From Euryarchaeota archaeon UBA19 (lineage in GTDB: Archaea; Thermoplasmatota; Poseidoniia; Poseidoniales; Thalassarchaeaceae): a DNA stretch of 44,668 nucleotides. Location of the stretch: NCBI GenBank assembly GCA_002502175.1, contig DAPQ01000002.1, positions 1-44,668 of the forward strand. Reading direction: 5' to 3'. This document shows positions 8,501-17,902 of this stretch, one piece after another (positions within the stretch are counted from its first letter, which is position 1; every line of letters starts with the position of its first letter). The notes beneath the pieces are model-generated. The model made no database searches. It was given only the letters and a program-made list of their open reading frames with translations, and was not told the origin of the DNA. The translations under genes and the position numbers were made by a program.

Positions 8501-9945
8501 GATTTGCTGATTTGGGTCGCTCTGTTAATACTGTCCTTTCTGGAGTGACAAGCGAAATTTCTACCGGTACAGCCGGAGGAAACGGTTCCTTTTCTTATGG
8601 TCTGGAGTTAGATGCGGATAGCGAGTTCGATCTAATCTTCGAGGCCAGTCAAGGTAACGGGACAGCGGATGAACCAGCATGGGTTCATGGGATTTCTATG
8701 AATGCCGCCCCAACTGGAATTTCTGACGGATTCCATATTCGAGGTTGGATTCCAAATCTGCCCCCATTAATCGATATCTCAGTCAGTCGCGTGCCTAACT
8801 CAAATGGAGAAGATTGGACAATTATGTTGGGCATGGAAGGATGGCTTCCTGCGAGAAGTGAATTCATGCTAAATGCAAAAGGTGTCAATGGACAAGACTT
8901 GATGCTAACGTTACAAGGTTTGACTGTTGGTGAAGCCACTACCTTGGGTATCGACTCTCAATTCACAATCAAGGAAACTAGTGGTGGAATTAATGAGGTT
9001 ACTACCTCGACTCGTTTCGTACTATCAAATAGACTCGATTGGATTCATGCTGAGCTCATCAACAGGGAAGCCGGTGCAAGAACGGAGATGCTAATCAACG
9101 ATATTCCCGAATCAATTGATTTACGCGCCAGCCTTGGTACTTTAATTTCGATTGATATGATTGTACCTGAAAAATATCGTCGCGATGGCCCAGCGGTAGA
9201 TTCCATCATGTTGCAACAGATGCAGTGGATGGAAGGCACATGGTGGCCCGCTACTGTTTTCCTAACCGATGTTCCAAACTCGATTAATCTGACCACACAA
9301 GCAGATGTAGAATATGATATTACCAAAACCCTAGCATTCCAAGGCACTCCAGTCCTTGATTTCTCAGCATCAGATAGTGGTATGTCGTTGTATATTGAAG
9401 CAAATGGTAGAGCGATAAACAATCGCGGTGACATCATATTGCTCGCTGAAGGATTGACAGATCGTATGGTGATTAAGCCAACCTCTGATTATGGTCTAGC
9501 AATCCGAAGCGGAGGTGAAGGGGTCGAGAGAATTTACCTCAGAGCTTCCAATATGCCAACTACCCCTCCTGTGGTAATTGAAGAAGTAGAGGCACTTGGA
9601 GAAAATCTGAGAAGTGCAACAATTCGTGTTGTCGAGATTGCGGGGCCGTACAGTATCATCGAACTGGAAGATGTTCAAGGTGGGAGAATAATCGCTTCAG
9701 CCCGCGCCACCGCCGAGGTTGATGCCCTTGGAACCACCTTCGATCTTAGAGGAGTTCTTCTAGATGCTCAAACCACAGGAGGAGTCCCTACTGGAACTAG
9801 TATTGGAGTCAATGGATTAGCATCTGACCTGTCTCTATTGAATTTGATTCCGGGTTTTGAGGGTTCTACTCATCACATTATCGTCCCAGAACCATTTACA
9901 TCTGGACTTCTGACTTTAGGTGCAACTTTCTTGGGGGGTGATTGA
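5578..9945 (+). CDS. Very large (1455 aa) secreted acidic beta-rich protein of unknown function
   Basis: Uninterrupted ORF with N-terminal hydrophobic signal, DIDGDGDDD Ca-binding-like loop, internal repeats and a VPEP-hydrophobic C-terminus. Confidence 0.8.
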   Translation: MENGSVRLIRTAPKSKISLPVLLVILFFLPTLAPFATVSGEARIESQDFQILDELGNVLNQREEVVLGDSVSNIAGPLLDQVRVGVQDTSVADPLHDIDEALDDVIIVETAVPAVIHPEPYIILTDESSRPPGEVRTIWSTLFNLTDYVIWTRYVDTDGNVVEQFETITFLTSLLSLLDPETDFLLHQMDIDGDGDDDIQVGLTVNLNNIDLSGATLSAYVQLDYQVSVLPSSTTDSDWDNLQTLEVSILKAFAYSDGVLNEGESYVWVIDSKFTHTPYDFTLGVGLERFSFDLSGAGADLILSLVNALTFGVFNDGDESGVSIASLAAPYQISIDNSGQTECPDRYSPIELTTLPSSEISCGVTAGFGYVHFSPPDSQDNREVWEVAYIEAAIHPNRLSTILPEQLEVTIRTDSTLADGTGTLGENGLTTLEYWADERADLHIHFHEDRSEAPEENSDGNYGNVTDSRGWFRGMPEGSLTTEEIDRTFTMLGSKSEPELPGSQPDRLGLIIAVKNFTRDTSQNVDDPSLPVNPAYPPKTLVLVRSIQSLESVEYHSWMKRGGVDTDHRRIQITAEEIPTAIVFFGSFELGGADNADTSLDTGQNLDFLSRILDVVLINIVDLFLDIGTILNDIPSATVDVISGGIGGSGGISGETLHLLMHDNWRPERESRSISEIGLQIGSSPHPTISGDHLILSKDRELDTVQGRNGPQTPLVQVAASLRFSGLSSFTLIDEIETDSQSFSLRTSSEKSFTFLYIDHQPSNLEDAAHQGLWISDIPDNITADSTPEFATYYASSTIDRLSYTGIEGSQRQAAHILDVPAEFTVEFGDTTKWTASSPISTIHAQLTDAENPVTMSGDHFLFHHHPEDGTSTISTRISGLQEVGWKAPAVAGATGAMGQGTAFMSVAGDRTMSINVDHAPTQDEGGLSALVLIDPLPSNVSVDIPTGADAGNNLVIPELNTSQGVSGVAFFLGGFADLGRSVNTVLSGVTSEISTGTAGGNGSFSYGLELDADSEFDLIFEASQGNGTADEPAWVHGISMNAAPTGISDGFHIRGWIPNLPPLIDISVSRVPNSNGEDWTIMLGMEGWLPARSEFMLNAKGVNGQDLMLTLQGLTVGEATTLGIDSQFTIKETSGGINEVTTSTRFVLSNRLDWIHAELINREAGARTEMLINDIPESIDLRASLGTLISIDMIVPEKYRRDGPAVDSIMLQQMQWMEGTWWPATVFLTDVPNSINLTTQADVEYDITKTLAFQGTPVLDFSASDSGMSLYIEANGRAINNRGDIILLAEGLTDRMVIKPTSDYGLAIRSGGEGVERIYLRASNMPTTPPVVIEEVEALGENLRSATIRVVEIAGPYSIIELEDVQGGRIIASARATAEVDALGTTFDLRGVLLDAQTTGGVPTGTSIGVNGLASDLSLLNLIPGFEGSTHHIIVPEPFTSGLLTLGATFLGGD

Positions 9946-9955
9946 TTTGGGATTA

Positions 9956-10513
9956 ATGGACAAAATCCGTTCTCAAAATGAAGAATTAGAAACTCATGAT
10001 GCAGCAACCGAACGCGCCCATGAGATTCTCCAAATCGTTGGCGAGCGAGTCGAGAAAGTTCGACCAAGCCGGGTAATTTTTGCCTCCGTGGCCGTATTAC
10101 TGATACTCAGTGGAATCATGATTATTGGAACTTGGATTGTTCCATACGACAGAACTTCCGTAGATGTTGTCTATCTTCAGGGAGTTGGCGGCCATGTTGT
10201 TTTAGTTGAATTAGATAACAAAGGATCTCGTTCAATTACTGATGTCCAATTAGATATCAGATTCTTAGATGATGATAGTAACGAGATTGCAAGGTCTACC
10301 TTTGAAACCGATGAGATCGCCGCCCATACTTCCATTGCTGGCGATAATCTAGAACTAATTGCACCTGGTGCATCAGTTTGGGAGAATTATACTATTGAGA
10401 TAATCTTAGAATACACCTATGGCGGTACAGAATATAATGAAAGATGGACGTATAATGTAGGTAGTTGGACTATGGAGATGTTTACCTATGACGCACCAAT
10501 GCACTTCTTCTGA
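9956..10513 (+). CDS. Single-pass membrane protein with Ig-like (FxLYD-like) domain
   Basis: One TM helix, then ELDNKGSRSITDVQLDIRFLDDDSNEIA. Start uncertain (TTG 9947 or ATG 9956). Confidence 0.65.
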   Translation: MDKIRSQNEELETHDAATERAHEILQIVGERVEKVRPSRVIFASVAVLLILSGIMIIGTWIVPYDRTSVDVVYLQGVGGHVVLVELDNKGSRSITDVQLDIRFLDDDSNEIARSTFETDEIAAHTSIAGDNLELIAPGASVWENYTIEIILEYTYGGTEYNERWTYNVGSWTMEMFTYDAPMHFF

Positions 10514-10589
10514 CACGACCTCTGGTCGTGAAATAATCGCAATACAGTTTACCCTAATGCTGAAAGGCGACCCAATTGGGGACTGATTC

Positions 10590-13500
10590 ATGGGACAGAG
10601 AATTGCGGTTGCGCTAATCGGGTTATTCCTAATATCTCTGATTCCGGCTGGTGATTTTTACGTCAACCAATCTGAAGATTCAACAGAGGCTCTAGATTGG
10701 TCGGTTAAGCGTACAGAGATAGCCGCCGACCCTAATTCAATTCAAGACCTTCAATCGCCGACAGTGACACAGGGATTTGAAAGGCTTAGAGACAATACTG
10801 CCGATTCTAGTATTGGAGTATACACCGAGTCTGGATTGATTCCATCCGTCCATCTGCCAAATTCTCTTACTCATCCACGTTGGGACTTAGCGATGGTCAT
10901 AGTCGATGGAGGCGTTGGAATTTGGGATGCTCGTCTTGAGGTAGAATCATCGGCTGAAGTTGAGATAAGAACGACCATACCTCCTTCTGGTTTCTTGGTT
11001 CAAGGAACAACCGAAGAATTGGATAAGTTAGCGGCTAACTCTGTAGTTGTTGCAGTCCATCCGGTTCCCACCGGATTGCTTGTCCACCCATTGCTAACAG
11101 TGGTCGATGAAGGATCGATAATGGTAGAAATCCTCGGTTGGAAGGATGATAATCTACAGCGACATATGGAGCCAGGGCTAGGTTTGTCAGGTTCCCTTAC
11201 AGATGTTGCAGGCAAGTGGCTTACCGACGGATGGAGTCCCGAGGAAGGTAGATATTGGGGTGAAGTTGAACTTTCTAACTTAGCAGATATGATTGAAGAT
11301 CCTGCTGTAGCCTATGTTGCCCCGTTGCCGGTTCTAGAGCTAAAGAACGACAATGCTCGAACCCATATGGGAATAAATTCGGTTGAATCTTTCTTCATCA
11401 CAAACATAGATGGTACTGGCCAAACTGTAGCTGTTGGGGACTCTGGAATAGATCACGATCATGGAGATTTCAACAACCGTATTTCAGGTAGAACTTCGGT
11501 TACACCGGGAGATTCCTCGACAGCCGATCTATCTGATGGACACGGAACCCACGTTGCCTGCACAGTACTAGGTTCCGGAATGAGAAGTAGTGGTACCTAT
11601 GAGGGAGTAGCACCGGGAGCTGACCTATATTTCCAAGCGATGGAGGATGATGATACCGGTGCCTTATACAGTTACGGAATCAACAGCATGCTGAATTCTG
11701 CTTACAACGCAGGCGCCCGCTTACACACGAATAGTTGGGGCGCAGGCAGCGGTTTCGGCTCTTACTCGACCCAATCTGAAGACGCCGATGACCGAACTTC
11801 TACTTGGGACCAATACTGGAATTATGATGGGATGACAGTTCTCTTTGCAGCAGGAAATGAAAGAAACGATGGGGTTTCTCCTCCGGGTACAGCGAAGAAT
11901 GTAATCACCGTTGGAGGACACAAGAACCGATACAGTGGCTCTCCTGATGAGATGTACTATTGGAGTAGTCGAGGACCTACTGATGATGGTCGCCTTAAGC
12001 CGGATGTAGTAGGTCCAGGTGATGGTGTCCGCTCATGTCTATCACAAGAGGCCGAGCAAGCATCTTCTGGTTGGTCGAATAATTGGTACATCGAATACAG
12101 TGGCACTTCGATGGCAACACCTGCTGCGGCGGGTGCAGCAACCCTCGTGCGACAATATCTGATGGAGGTTGCAAATAGGCCAGCGCCACAAGGAGCGCTG
12201 GTAAAGGCACTGCTAATCCTAGGTGCCGAGGATATGGGCGCTAGAAATATACCCAACAATGACGAGGGTTGGGGTAGGGTCAATCTTGTCAATTCACTTA
12301 TTCCAGATAGTGATGAAGGTATTTTCGTCGATGACCGAAGTCGAATTTCTTCTGGTCAAACAAAGGAATACACATTCGATATTACAAGAGGCGCAGAACC
12401 ACTGAAAGTAGTATTGGCATGGTCCGATTATCCAGGTTCCTCTCAAAGTACCAATCAGTTACGTAATGATCTGAATCTAGAAGTGATTCATCCCAATGGA
12501 GGAACTTCATTCAAAGGTAATGTTTTCAGTGGCGGAAAATCAATTGCTGGTGGTAATTTCGATGATAAAAACAACGTCGAAGTAGTACTGATTGATAATG
12601 CCGGTGTCGGCACATGGACAGTCCGTGTGACCGATGATTATCATGGTGGAAGTAGGACTTGGCAACCGTATGCTCTAGCCGTAAGAGGAGTCAATGTAAA
12701 CGACCTTTCACCCGATCCCACATTTGCTCCAGATGTTACTATCAACCCTCCTATTCCACAAATCGGAGACCCCGTACAAATTGGAGTAACTGTCGAAAAC
12801 CTGGGTGCTGGGTCGGTATCAGATCTAGAGGTAATGGCAAGGGCCGATGGTAGCCTTATCTCCACTCAAACGATTTCACTCAGTCCCGGTGATTCAGTTG
12901 ATGTTCAGTGGAATTGGACCCCATCAACTGAAGGTCTAGTCGATTTGTCCTTCCACCTAGATCCAAATGATTTAGTGGAGGAATCAAATGAAGCAAATAA
13001 CCTTCTAACACATACGATGATAATTAGCGCACCTGGAGTTAGGGTAACTTCAGATGAACCATTCATGACCTTGGGCGAAGCGGATGATAGTTCCACCTCA
13101 TGGGAACTAGTTCTAACAAATACTGCATTATTCGAGACTAATGCAACAATCGTAGCAAGCTCACCTGTAAGATTGAGTGATGGTGTTGAATTCGATTGGT
13201 ATTCCTCACTCACTTCAAACACTTTCAATCTGCTAGAAGCAGAATCGGTTGCTGTAGGTCTCACACTTATCCATCCGGCACCTCCAGAACCTGGGACATA
13301 TGTAATGACGGTCACTGGAACGGATATCGAGAATGACATTGAGTCTGAATTAGATCTGTATTTCGATGTACCAGTTTTAGCCTCTGCTGATGTGCTAATT
13401 ACATCAGGACAAATTCCAGTCAGCCCTATTTCGCAAACTCAATTACAAGTATTCGTTACCAACGAGGGTAACGGACCTCAAACCTACGATGTGGAGTTAA

Positions 13501-15083
13501 GTTCACCTGCTGGTTGGCATTTAGGATTGGATACCTTAGGGGCTTTTGAGGGGTCATCTCACGGTTCAACGGGAACTCTTGCGGTGGGGCAAAGTCGAGC
13601 AATTGACATCACGGTAAACCCCCCTGGTGCAATGATCCCAGCAGGTTCGATTTTCGATGCTGGCTTGACAATTCATTCTCGAGTAAGCAGTGATTCTTGG
13701 TCAGTTCCTATAACTCTAGAGGTGATGGCGATAGACCAACTATCTGCAACCCCGATAAGTGATGGAATTCAGTATGAGGTTGCTCCCGATGAAACTTTGA
13801 ATCTAGAAATTGACTTCCTAAATACAGGAAATCGACATCTAACCATGACTCCATATCAGAGAGCCATACCTTCTGGCTGGTCGATTGTTGGTGGCCTCAA
13901 CACATTGGAAGCACCGGCCGGTGAAACTACGACTTGGTCGGTTACTTTGCAAGGTAATGGACGAGCCACAAGTGGCGATTTGAAACTGCGATTCGCTACT
14001 GATGATGGTTTTTCGCTGGATTGGAATAGAACCATCGACGTTCTGTCCGCAGCGATTCCTAGCCTAGCATTCCACAAAGTTGTCTTGGCAGATGGAACTT
14101 CATCTGAAACTCCGTTAGGAATAGGTGCTCATCCGGTTGGAACCGGCTTTGATTTGGCATGGGAGGTTGAGAATGAAGGCACCTCAACTTGGCGTCCAAC
14201 CACTTCAATAATCGTTCCAGATGATGGCGATTGGGAAGCTGATTGTCTCACCACACCATCAACGCTAGCTCCAGGAGCGAGCAGTATAATCTGGTGTACG
14301 GTTACTATTCCTCTCTCAGAACAAGCGGGTTCCGAGCCTGTAGTTACACTTAGGATGGAAGGAGAAGGAGTTGTAGTTGAAAATTCCATTTCGTTACTTG
14401 TAGATTCGGTTTCAGCTGTAGTTTGGGACCTACGCACTAAAGACCCGATTGCCCATCAAAACTATCCAGTTCAATTGACAATAGATGTTGAAAATGTAGG
14501 AAATTCACAAATTAATCACAAACTTGAGGTGAATGCACCAAGTGATTGGAATGTATTCATTGATGATGAATTATTAGTAATTTTAAGCCCGGGAGAATCC
14601 AGATCAATAGTAATCCAATTTACTCCCGACAGCGGTAGTGACGGTACCATAGAGTTATTTTTGCTAAATGGAGAAACCATTCAAGATTCATCTTTCAGTT
14701 TTGAGGTCGATGTATTACCTGCAAGAGGCGAGAGCAACAGCATGGCATCTACTCTGATTCCTATTCTTGTTATACTTCTAATTGTGATTCTTGCAGGAGG
14801 TGGATTCTATGTATTCCAACAAAAGGGTGGTAGCCTCGAATCAATTATGTCGAAAGAGGCCGTAAGTAAGATTACTGAGTCCCTAAATATCGCTGAAAAA
14901 GAAGGTGGTTCAGGCATTGAATGCTGGGTCTGTAGCGGCGACATTATTGTCGGTGAGGCCTTAGCTTGCGGCAGTTGTGGAGCCCGTTATCATCGTCCAG
15001 GTCAAGTTGGAGGTTGTGATATTCTTTCTCTTGGTAAATGTCTACACTGCAATGCAGATTGGGATGAATTAGTTGACGCATAA
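10590..15083 (+). CDS. Membrane-anchored S8 (subtilisin, KP-43-like) serine peptidase with CARDB/Ig-like stalk and cytoplasmic Cys/His finger
   Basis: Catalytic triad VAVGDSG / DGHGTHVA / SGTSMATP and oxyanion AAGN. KP-43-type C-domain (LAWSDYPG...NDLNL...NNVEVV). CARDB (ESNEANN), N-x-G-N repeats, C-terminal TM and Cys cluster. Confidence 0.93.
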   Translation: MGQRIAVALIGLFLISLIPAGDFYVNQSEDSTEALDWSVKRTEIAADPNSIQDLQSPTVTQGFERLRDNTADSSIGVYTESGLIPSVHLPNSLTHPRWDLAMVIVDGGVGIWDARLEVESSAEVEIRTTIPPSGFLVQGTTEELDKLAANSVVVAVHPVPTGLLVHPLLTVVDEGSIMVEILGWKDDNLQRHMEPGLGLSGSLTDVAGKWLTDGWSPEEGRYWGEVELSNLADMIEDPAVAYVAPLPVLELKNDNARTHMGINSVESFFITNIDGTGQTVAVGDSGIDHDHGDFNNRISGRTSVTPGDSSTADLSDGHGTHVACTVLGSGMRSSGTYEGVAPGADLYFQAMEDDDTGALYSYGINSMLNSAYNAGARLHTNSWGAGSGFGSYSTQSEDADDRTSTWDQYWNYDGMTVLFAAGNERNDGVSPPGTAKNVITVGGHKNRYSGSPDEMYYWSSRGPTDDGRLKPDVVGPGDGVRSCLSQEAEQASSGWSNNWYIEYSGTSMATPAAAGAATLVRQYLMEVANRPAPQGALVKALLILGAEDMGARNIPNNDEGWGRVNLVNSLIPDSDEGIFVDDRSRISSGQTKEYTFDITRGAEPLKVVLAWSDYPGSSQSTNQLRNDLNLEVIHPNGGTSFKGNVFSGGKSIAGGNFDDKNNVEVVLIDNAGVGTWTVRVTDDYHGGSRTWQPYALAVRGVNVNDLSPDPTFAPDVTINPPIPQIGDPVQIGVTVENLGAGSVSDLEVMARADGSLISTQTISLSPGDSVDVQWNWTPSTEGLVDLSFHLDPNDLVEESNEANNLLTHTMIISAPGVRVTSDEPFMTLGEADDSSTSWELVLTNTALFETNATIVASSPVRLSDGVEFDWYSSLTSNTFNLLEAESVAVGLTLIHPAPPEPGTYVMTVTGTDIENDIESELDLYFDVPVLASADVLITSGQIPVSPISQTQLQVFVTNEGNGPQTYDVELSSPAGWHLGLDTLGAFEGSSHGSTGTLAVGQSRAIDITVNPPGAMIPAGSIFDAGLTIHSRVSSDSWSVPITLEVMAIDQLSATPISDGIQYEVAPDETLNLEIDFLNTGNRHLTMTPYQRAIPSGWSIVGGLNTLEAPAGETTTWSVTLQGNGRATSGDLKLRFATDDGFSLDWNRTIDVLSAAIPSLAFHKVVLADGTSSETPLGIGAHPVGTGFDLAWEVENEGTSTWRPTTSIIVPDDGDWEADCLTTPSTLAPGASSIIWCTVTIPLSEQAGSEPVVTLRMEGEGVVVENSISLLVDSVSAVVWDLRTKDPIAHQNYPVQLTIDVENVGNSQINHKLEVNAPSDWNVFIDDELLVILSPGESRSIVIQFTPDSGSDGTIELFLLNGETIQDSSFSFEVDVLPARGESNSMASTLIPILVILLIVILAGGGFYVFQQKGGSLESIMSKEAVSKITESLNIAEKEGGSGIECWVCSGDIIVGEALACGSCGARYHRPGQVGGCDILSLGKCLHCNADWDELVDA

Positions 15084-15146
15084 ATCGCGACCCTAAGGGG
15101 TCGCGTAGCCCGAAGCCCTTAGAGGGGCCCGTTTGTCGGCCAAGCA

Positions 15147-17822
15147 ATGAATCGTGTTGCTTCGGCTCGTCTTCTGACGATTTTACTAGTAATCACGATG
15201 CTATCTCCATTTGTTCAGGCAGAGATTGATCCTCGTTTGACTGCAAGTCCAACCGCCCAAGAGGCAGATGCCGATAACCCAGCAGAATACACCATCACAG
15301 TTCACAATGATGGAGACGATGATATGGCGGTTAGCTTGAGCACTCAGCAGGACTCTTCTGGTTGCAATGGCTTCAGTTCAACCATAGAACAGGTATCTGG
15401 CACAATAGGTGGCGGCGAATCTGAACAAGTGACTCTTACAGTCAGTGTAAATGAACAGGCAAATGGCGATTGTGAAACAACAGTCCAAGCGACAGCAACC
15501 GGTGGAGCAGGGGCTCCAAAGAATGCCGATGTAACCGTGACAACCACAGCAGGTGACGGCGGTGGCCTTTATGCGGTCAAATTAACCACCGATGAAACAG
15601 ATGTCGAATTTGATGGAAGTGACTCAGTAGTTTGGGAAGTTGAGGTTGAGAATACAGGTGAACAACAGGCAAATGTGCAATTGGAGATGAACAGCGATAA
15701 TGACTGTGAATCCGATGACCTAACCGCTGAGGTAGACCCTGCTGTAGTTCAGTTGGATTCAGGAGATACAGAAACCGTAGAGGTTACGGTAGATGTTCCC
15801 GATGGCAGTTCTACCGAAGCAGGCGAGCATTGTTTCCTCCTCATGGCTACGGTAACCAATGACCCAAACGCTGCAGACAGAGCCGAGGATAACCTAAGCC
15901 TCAGGTTGAGTGTTCCAGAAGTGAAGGAGTGTGACGGCTCATTGCAGACATCTTCTCACAATCTCGATCCCGGTCAGACTGCAACAAATAGTTTCGAGGT
16001 AGAAAATATTGGCAATACTGAATGGACGGTTCAAACTCAAGCTCAATCGCCGGGAACAGACATAACTGGATGGGTTGAATTTGATAGCCCACGTTCTGCC
16101 TTATTGGCCAAACCAGGAAATTCGGATGATAGTCATACATTCACTTTCTCAGTAACGCCTGACGATTCAGTTGAGGCTGGCTCACAGATTGAAATTAAGA
16201 TACAGGGGCGGTCCAATCAAGGCGTTGGCTGTGAGCAAATACTCACAGTAACCATTGGTCAGGTCCACGAAGCTAGACTTACCCTCAGCACTTCGAAATT
16301 ATCGAATGTTGAGCCAGGGACTTCTGATTCAGTTACCATAACTGTAGAAAATCGCGGCAATGGTTTAGACACGTTTTCTCTAACTACAATGGACCTTCCA
16401 GAAGGATGGCAAATTTCCTTTTCTCAATCTTCTGTGACCATAAACAGTAAGCATAACTCCAACAACGAAGAATCGCTGACCGCTACAGTAAATGTACCAT
16501 CAAATGCGTTAGCAGGAGACAATACTGTTGAATTTGGCGTAACTGTGAGTGGTTCAACAACCATACTGCATAGCAGGGTGTTAACCGTATCTGTAGCAGC
16601 GAGGCACGACCTAACTGCAGACATACTTTCAACTCAGCAAACCGGTCGTTCAGGCCAAGTAGTTCAATTCCCAATTGATATTGTCAACACAGGAAATATT
16701 CGAGATACATTCAAGCTACAGGTTTGTGATCCTAATGATCAAACTGGTTGTAATCCTCCAATGTGGGCTGCGTCATATTCCGATACATCTGGAAACTCAA
16801 TTACTCAGATTGTACTCGATCCAGGAGAATCTAGGCGAGTTTTCCTCGATGTAACCGTTGAAGGTGAGGAAGATGCAGATTCAGTTACAATTCTATCTCG
16901 CGTGGCAATTTTTGGAACGAGTGAAAAGGTAGAACAGACGATTAGCGTGATAGTCTCGAATTATGATTATGGCATGGCTATTTCTCCTGAAATGCCGGGA
17001 CCAATTTCGGGTCAAATGGATATTGTTCTTCCACCAGGCGGGACTAAAGAAATCAATTTCTGGGTAGAGAATACTGGTAACTTCCCAGGTGGAGATAGTG
17101 CCGTAATCTCGATGACAGGAATGGAATCCTCTGTACTTCGACGAGTCCTGGTCAATGGTGTAGCTGTTGATGGAAACATTGCAGTTCCTTCAGGTGATAG
17201 AGTTCTGATTACAATTGAATTGGAAGTTCTAGAAGGTGTTTCTAGTGGAACTACTGGCATTGTAAAGGTCAGCGCATCATCGGAGAAGAACGCTGCCGAA
17301 AGCACAAGTGTAGACTTGATTTTTGAAGTTAGAACAATTCATGATTTACGATTCACCCTTGAAGGTGAAGATGAGCTAACTACAGATGAAAAGAACAGTG
17401 TTGAGTTTATTCTCCATGTTACAAACCATGGGAATATTGTTGAGACCGTCCAGATATTATCCAGTGACTCTCTAAGAGGCTGGACTGTCAATGTCATCGA
17501 AGACGAGTTCCAACTTTCTCCTGGCAATTCAAGAACGATTACTGTTAGGGTGACTCCTCCGGCGGGAATGGTACAAGATGACACCTATCGGTTTACCATT
17601 ACAGTTCAACCAAAGGGCATGCCTGTAGCAGGTGAACCCCTTGACCTAGAAGTCACCGCAGAGGTGTCTTCTGGCCTAAGCTGGCTTAGCGAAGAAAACG
17701 AACAGATTCTAATCTACGGATTAACTGCTATTGGCGGTTTATTGGTCGTAATTTTATTCTTCAGATCTCGTGCAGAAAACCGTAGAATTCTCGAAGCCTT
17801 GGACAATGAATCGAGTGACTGA
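15147..17822 (+). CDS. Surface protein with tandem Ig-like (COG1470/NPCBM-associated-like) domains and C-terminal TM anchor
   Basis: Signal peptide. About 7 repeats of V-x-N-x-G-[ND/E]. Paired cysteines. TM helix followed by RSR. Confidence 0.8.
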   Translation: MNRVASARLLTILLVITMLSPFVQAEIDPRLTASPTAQEADADNPAEYTITVHNDGDDDMAVSLSTQQDSSGCNGFSSTIEQVSGTIGGGESEQVTLTVSVNEQANGDCETTVQATATGGAGAPKNADVTVTTTAGDGGGLYAVKLTTDETDVEFDGSDSVVWEVEVENTGEQQANVQLEMNSDNDCESDDLTAEVDPAVVQLDSGDTETVEVTVDVPDGSSTEAGEHCFLLMATVTNDPNAADRAEDNLSLRLSVPEVKECDGSLQTSSHNLDPGQTATNSFEVENIGNTEWTVQTQAQSPGTDITGWVEFDSPRSALLAKPGNSDDSHTFTFSVTPDDSVEAGSQIEIKIQGRSNQGVGCEQILTVTIGQVHEARLTLSTSKLSNVEPGTSDSVTITVENRGNGLDTFSLTTMDLPEGWQISFSQSSVTINSKHNSNNEESLTATVNVPSNALAGDNTVEFGVTVSGSTTILHSRVLTVSVAARHDLTADILSTQQTGRSGQVVQFPIDIVNTGNIRDTFKLQVCDPNDQTGCNPPMWAASYSDTSGNSITQIVLDPGESRRVFLDVTVEGEEDADSVTILSRVAIFGTSEKVEQTISVIVSNYDYGMAISPEMPGPISGQMDIVLPPGGTKEINFWVENTGNFPGGDSAVISMTGMESSVLRRVLVNGVAVDGNIAVPSGDRVLITIELEVLEGVSSGTTGIVKVSASSEKNAAESTSVDLIFEVRTIHDLRFTLEGEDELTTDEKNSVEFILHVTNHGNIVETVQILSSDSLRGWTVNVIEDEFQLSPGNSRTITVRVTPPAGMVQDDTYRFTITVQPKGMPVAGEPLDLEVTAEVSSGLSWLSEENEQILIYGLTAIGGLLVVILFFRSRAENRRILEALDNESSD

Positions 17823-17902
17823 GCCTAGTCGTTGGTTGAACACGATTCCAAACGGTCAATCTTTCCAATGTATTGTCTGCCACCAGCATCCTCAATGAAC
17901 GC

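Noticed and set aside
11000-17584. Numerous antisense ORFs of 60-144 aa
   Set aside because: They are shadows of long, well-supported plus-strand genes.
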